From a virus (taxonomy: Duplodnaviria; Caudoviricetes): a stretch of DNA of 64,000 nucleotides. The notes under the pieces are model-generated. The model was not told the origin of the DNA, searched no databases, and saw only the letters and a program-made list of their open reading frames with translations. A program made the translations under genes and the position numbers. The stretch is taken from the IMG/VR virus record IMGVR_UViG_3300042868_009047; one strand, written 5' to 3'. The first letter of the stretch is position 1. Every line of letters begins with the position of its first letter. Positions 62,601 through 64,000 of the stretch are shown piece by piece.

Positions 62601-63999
62601 CTGAAGAACCATTAGAACCAGTTGAACCTGATGTACCGCTTGACGCTGATGTACCTGAAGAAGCGCTTAAACCTGAACTTCCAGCTGTTCCTGACGTAGC
62701 AGAGCTACCTGAAGTTGCTGAAGAACCACTATTTGAACTCAATCCCGAAGTACCGTTTGTTCCACTTGTAGCAGAAGAACCAGAACTTGCAGATGTACCT
62801 GAAGAAGCTGAAGCGCCTGAAAAACCAGCTGATCCACTTGTACCTGAAGTACCTGAAGAAGCTGAACTTCCAGATGATGCACTTAAACCAGAACTTCCAG
62901 CCGTTCCTGAGGTAGCGGAGCTACCTGAAGTTGCTGAAGAACCCGAGTTAGCGGCCAACCCTGATGTACCATTTGTACCTGAAGTAGCTGAACTACCAGA
63001 CGATGCTGATGTTCCTGAAGAAGCTGACGCACCACTTGACCCAGCTGAACCTGAAGATCCTGAGGTCGCAGAAGTTCCTGAAGAACCAGCTGAACCCGAA
63101 CTACCTGAATTAGCAGCTAAACCTGAAGTACCATTTGTACCTGAAGTAGCTGAACTACCAGACGATGCTGATGTTCCTGAAGAAGCGGAAGCCCCTGATG
63201 AACCAACAGAACCTGTTGAACCTGAAGTTCCACTTGTTGCTGAAGACCCAGCAGAAGAACTTAAACCTGAAGATCCAGCCGTACCACTTGTAGCAGAGCT
63301 ACCTGAAGTTGCTGATGAACCACTATTACCTGATAAACCACCAGTACCATTTGTTCCTGAAGAACCAGAAGATCCTGATGTAGCTGAAATAGCTGAAATA
63401 CCATCAGCACCATCAACCCCACTTGAACCTGAAGTTCCTGATGAACCAGATGTTTTACTTGAACCAGCTAAACCACTTGTACCTGTTGTACCCGAAGTTG
63501 CTGATGAACCACTTGTTGCTGAAGACCCTGAATTAGCTGATAAACCACTTGTACCAGCTGTTCCTGAAGTTGCAGATGAACCAGATGATGCTGATGTTCC
63601 TGAAGATGCTGATGCCCCTGATGAACCTGATGTACCAGCTGTTCCACTTGTAGCTGAAGAACCTGATGTTGCAGATGTACCTGAAGAAGCTGAAGCTCCA
63701 CTTGAACCTGCCGAACCACTAGTTGCAGATGTACCTGAAGAAGCTGAACTTCCAGATGATGCACTTAAACCAGAACTTCCAGCCGTTCCTGACGTTGCAG
63801 ACGAACCAGAAGAAGCCGAAGAACCCGAATTAGCAGCTAAACCTGAGGTACCGTTTGTACCTGAAGTTGCTGATGATCCTGATGTAGCTGAACTACCGCT
63901 TAAAGCAGAAGCCCCACTTGTACCTGATGAACCTGAACTACCTGATGTAGCTGAAGTACCTGAAGTTGCTGATGAACCACTATTTGCACTCAAACCTGA
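50629..63999 (-). CDS. Giant Ser/Gly/Thr triplet-repeat fibre protein with C-terminal peptidase S74 intramolecular chaperone; 5'-truncated (>4450 aa)
   Basis: Frame is open to the window edge. C-terminus: LGINNASPSYTLDVSG, SDERVK, GVIAQEV, VAYSNLVGLLIEAIK. Confidence 0.9.
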   Translation of the reverse strand, partial: SGLSANSGSSATSGTSATSGSSGSSGTSGASALSGSSATSGSSATSGTNGTSGLAANSGSSASSGSSATSGTAGSSGLSASSGSSASSGTSATSGSAGSSGASASSGTSATSGSSATSGTAGTSGSSGASASSGTSASSGSSATSGTAGTSGLSANSGSSATSGSSATSGTTGTSGLAGSSKTSGSSGTSGSSGVDGADGISAISATSGSSGSSGTNGTGGLSGNSGSSATSGSSATSGTAGSSGLSSSAGSSATSGTSGSTGSVGSSGASASSGTSASSGSSATSGTNGTSGLAANSGSSGSAGSSGTSATSGSSGSAGSSGASASSGTSASSGSSATSGTNGTSGLAANSGSSATSGSSATSGTAGSSGLSASSGSSASSGTSGTSGSAGFSGASASSGTSASSGSSATSGTNGTSGLSSNSGSSATSGSSATSGTAGSSGLSASSGTSASSGTSGSTGSNGSSGASASSGTSASSGSSATSGTNGTSGLAANSGSSATSGSSATSGTSGSSGSSASSGTAGSSGNSNSSGSSGTSGSSATSGTNGTSGLSSNSGSSATSGSSATSGTAGSSGLSASSGSSATSGTAGSTGSSGSSGASASSGTSASSGSSATSGTNGTSGLSALSGSSATSGSSATSGTAGSSGLSASSGSSATAGTSGSAGSAGSSGASASSGTSASSGSSATSGTNGTSGLSRLSGSSATAGTSGTSGTDGQSALSDTSGTSGSSGSTGTSGTDGASALSKSSGTSGSSGSSGSTGTNGTSGLSANSGSSATSGSSATSGTTGTSGSSALSGSAGTSATSGTAGSSGLSSSSGSSATSGTAGSSGSNGSSGASASSGTSASSGSSATSGTNGTSGLAANSGSSGTSASSGTTGTAGTNGLSQLSGSSATSGSSATSGTAGSSGLSASSGSAGSSATSGTTGTSGSSALSGSAGSSATSGSSGSTGSAGTSGASANSGSSATSGSSATSGTNGTSGLGRLSGSSATAGTSGTSGTDGQSALSDTSGTSGSSGSTGTSGTDGQSGLSRSSGTSGSSGSSGSTGTNGTSGLSANSGSSATSGSSATSGTTGTSGSSALSGSSGSAGTSATSGTAGSSGLSASSGSAGTSATSGSSGSAGTSGASALSGSSATSGSSGSTGTAGTSGVSANSGSSATSGSSATSGTIGTSGLSRLSGSSATAGTSGTSGTDGVSATSDTSGTSGSSGSTGTSGTDGQSALSKSSGTSGSSGSSGSTGTNGTSGLSSNSGSSATAGSSATSGTTGTSGSSALSGSAGSAGSSATSGTSGSSGLSASSGSAGTSASSGSTGSAGTSGLSANSGSSATSGSSATSGTIGTSGLSQLSGSSGSAGTSATSGTSGSSGSSGSAGTDGASALSRSSGTSGSSGSTGTNGTSGLSSNSGSSATSGTSATSGSAGTVGSSALSGSSGSAGSSATAGTSGSSGSAGTSGLSANSGSSATSGSSATSGTNGTSGLGRLSGSSATAGTSGTSGTDGQSALSDTSGTSGSSGSTGTSGTDGQSSLSRSSGTSGSSGSTGSNGTNGASANSGSSATSGSSATSGTVGTSGLSQLSGSSGSAGTSATSGTSGSSGSSGTSGTDGASALSKSSGTSGSSGSSGSTGTNGTSGLSSNSGSSGTSASSGSTGSTGTSGASANSGSSATSGSSATSGTAGTSGLGRLSGSSATAGTSGTSGTDGQSALSDTSGTSGSSGSTGTSGTDGQSGLSRSSGSSGTAGSSGSTGTNGTSGLSSNSGSSATAGSSATSGTAGTSGVSQLSGSSGSAGTSATSGTSGSSGSSGSAGTDGASALSRSSGTSGSSGSTGTNGTNGASANSGSSATAGSSATSGTAGTSGLSSLSGSSGSAGSSATSGTSGSNGTAGNSGLSQLSGSSASSGSSGTNGTSGLSRSSGSSGTSGSSGTNGTDGQSSLSRSSGTSGSSGSTGTNGTNGASANSGSSATSGSSATSGTIGTSGLSQLSGSAGTSGSSASSGTSGTVGSSALSGSAGSAGSSGTSGTAGSSALSGSAGSSATSGSSGSTGSNGTSGASANSGSSATSGSSATSGTNGTSGLGRLSGSSATAGTSGTSGTDGQSALSDTSGTSGSSGSTGTSGTDGQSSLSRSSGTSGSSGSTGSNGTSGASANSGSSATSGSSATSGTVGTSGLSQLSGSSGSAGSSATSGTSGSSGSSASSGSAGTSGQSANSGSSGTSASSGSTGTNGTAGLSGLSQLSGSSASSGSSGTTGTAGTNGSSRLSGSSATAGTSGTSGTDGQSALSDTSGTSGSSGSTGTSGTDGQSGLSRSSGSAGTSGSSGSTGTNGTAGASGLSQLSGSSATSGSSGTNGTSGLSRSSGSSGTSGSSGTNGTDGASALSRSSGTSGSSGSTGTTGTNGASANSGSSGTSGTSATSGSAGTVGSSALSGSSGSSATSGTSGSSGTAGNSGLSQLSGSSASSGSSGTNGTSGLSRSSGSSGTSGSSGTNGTDGASSLSRSSGTSGSSGSTGTNGTNGASANSGSSATSGSSATSGTAGTNGLSQLSGSSGSAGSSATSGTSGSNGTAGNSGLSQLSGSSASSGSSGTNGTSGLSRSSGSSGTSGSSGTNGTDGQSSLSRSSGTSGSSGSTGTVGTNGASANSGSSATSGSSATSGTIGTSGLGRLSGSSATSGTSGTSGTDGQSALSDTSGTSGSSGSTGSSGTDGASALSRSSGTSGSSGSTGTNGTVGSSNNSGSAGTSGSSATSGTVGTSGVAANSGISVTSGTSGTSGSSGSKGTDGTAGVSGASASSGSSATSGSTGTNGTAGNSGLSQLSGSSASSGSSGTTGTAGTNGSSRLSGSSATAGTSGTSGTDGQSALSDTSGTSGSSGSTGTSGTDGLSGLSRSSGSSGTAGSSGSTGTNGTSGLSGASASSGSSATSGSTGTNGTAGNSGLSQLSGSSASSGSSGTNGTVGTSGLSRLSGSSATAGTSGTSGTDGQSGLSRSSGSAGTSGSSGSTGTNGTSGNAGNSGLSSTSGSSATSGSTGTNGTAGNSGLSQLSGSSASSGSSGSSGTNGTSGLSRSSGSSGTSGSSGTNGTDGQSALSRSSGTSGSSGSTGTNGTSGLSSNSGSSASSGSSGSSGTNGTAGLSRSSGSSGTSGSSGTNGTDGQSSLSRSSGTSGSSGSTGTNGTAGNSGLSQLSGSSASSGSTGTAGTAGLSRLSGSSGSSGSSGTNGTDGQSGLSRSSGTAGSSGSTGTAGNNGASNNSGSSGTSGSNGTSGNAGNIGASALSGSSGSTGTNGTTGIIGGNGLSANSGSSASSGSTGTNGTSGLSRSSGSSGTSGSSGTNGTDGASSLSRSSGTSGSSGSTGTAGTDGISRIAGFAGTSGTSATSGTIGTVGNNGASNNSGSSGTSGSSGSTGTNGTAGNSGLSQLSGSSASSGSSGSTGTAGTNGLAVGSGISTLSGSSGSTGTNGTNGNAGNIGASANSGSSGSTGTNGTTGIIGGNGLSANSGSSASSGSTGTNGTSGLSGLSGSSGTSGSSATSGLAGSSGSSGTEGTTGTTGFRGQSGFSGTSGLSGSAGSTGSNGTSGNAGNIGASALSGSSGSTGSNGTGGVAGLNGISALSGTSGSSGTAGNSGLGGSSGTSGSSGSSGTAGASGSSRLSGSSATSGSNGTSGNAGNIGASANSGSSGSTGTNGTTGNAGANGNSAVSGTSGSTGTAGTNGLPVPSGISQLSGSSGSTGTNGTNGNAGNIGASANSGSSGSTGTNGTTGNNGNSGNSGLSGTNGSTGTNGNNGANGVSGLSGLSGSNGTAGTSGASGGNGVSGLSGLSGSNGSNGTNGNAGGNGNSGLSGTSGSTGSTGTTGNAGGNGNSAVSGSSGSSGTGGTNGLPVPSGISQLSGSSGSSGTNGTSGNAGTIGLSRLSGSSGSTGTNGTSGNNGNSGNSGNSGLSGTNGSNGTNGNNGANGVSGLSGISGSNGTAGTSGASAGNGVSGLSGSSGSTGTSGTTGNAGAIGLSRLSGSSGSTGTNGTNGNNGANGNSGNSGLSGSNGTAGTSGASGGNGVSGLSGISGSNGTAGTNGNNGANGNSGNSGLSGSTGTNGTTGNNGNAGGNGNSAVSGSSGSSGTGGTNGLPVPSGISQLSGSSGSTGTNGTSGNNGNNGNSGLSGLSGSNGSNGTNGNNGGVGLGGVSGVSGTNGSTGTGGANGLNGGNGNSGVSGVNGSNGTNGAAGNNGNNGANGTSGVAGNNGNNGAGGLSGVNGSNGTNGAAGNNGNNGAGGLSGVNGSNGTNGAAGNNGNNGAGGLSGANGTNGTTGVAGTSGQSINGTSGISGGSFTNQPDYLVRTTSATQVQSVSFLKVDTTSNRLGINNASPSYTLDVSGTIYASADVIAFSDERVKDNVVTISDALNKVRSMRGVNYTRNDVEDKSLKMGVIAQEVQKVIPEVISTRESDGYLGVAYSNLVGLLIEAIKDLDKEIQDLKK
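51079..63999 (-). repeat. ~12.9 kb coding repeat in triplet register (G/A)-X-(S/N/A)
   Basis: Translation parses as GSS ATS GTN GTS GLS ANS...; higher GC than the rest of the window. Confidence 0.97.
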
Positions 64000-64000
64000 G

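Noticed and set aside
51015-63764. Many Pro/Glu/Val-rich or Gln/Leu-rich ORFs overlapping the giant gene
   Set aside because: Antisense and off-frame shadows of Gly/Ser/Thr codon repeats; no independent starts or domain motifs.
51079-63999. CRISPR array or non-coding satellite
   Set aside because: No fixed repeat with unique spacers; the variation is synonymous within one open frame that ends in an S74 domain.
51079-63999. Ice-nucleation or antifreeze protein
   Set aside because: Gly-X-X and Thr/Ser arrays are suggestive, but the AGYGST repeats of ice-nucleation proteins are absent and the S74 domain indicates a phage fibre; no direct support.
1-64000. Stop-codon reassignment (alternative genetic code)
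   Set aside because: Conserved genes are full length in code 11, and TAG/TGA end genes at sensible positions (9177, 15834, 19783, 23071).
1-64000. Eukaryotic giant virus or bacterial chromosome origin
   Set aside because: T4-like terminase, portal, protease and capsid genes with bacterial promoters and terminators; no ribosomal or housekeeping operons.

Overview
64 kb AT-rich segment of a large T4-like (myovirus-type) bacteriophage genome; no tRNA, rRNA, CRISPR array or IS element was found. It holds the head module (terminase large subunit, portal, prohead protease, scaffold, major capsid protein), a gp13-like neck protein, a family B DNA polymerase, a SNF2 helicase, dUTPase, PhoH and a gp55-like sigma factor. 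TTTG-N19/20-TAnnTTTG promoters, the lack of Shine-Dalgarno sites and a DUF4494-like gene point to a Bacteroidota host. Two accessory glycan loci stand out. The first (12.3-22.4 kb) has several glycosyltransferases, RgpF-like, WbsX/GH99-like and KdsC-like genes. The second (42-49 kb), directly after the capsid gene, has a 917-aa multi-domain GT, an FkbM methyltransferase, a GT4, a carbamoyltransferase and a TibC/Aah-type protein O-heptosyltransferase. The second locus converges on a >4450-aa Ser/Gly/Thr triplet-repeat fibre with a C-terminal S74 chaperone domain. Best leads: (1) a possible phage-encoded virion protein glycosylation system with its repeat substrate, and (2) a macrodomain-like module inserted in the exonuclease domain of the DNA polymerase. 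All family assignments come from motif recognition by eye; no database search was run.
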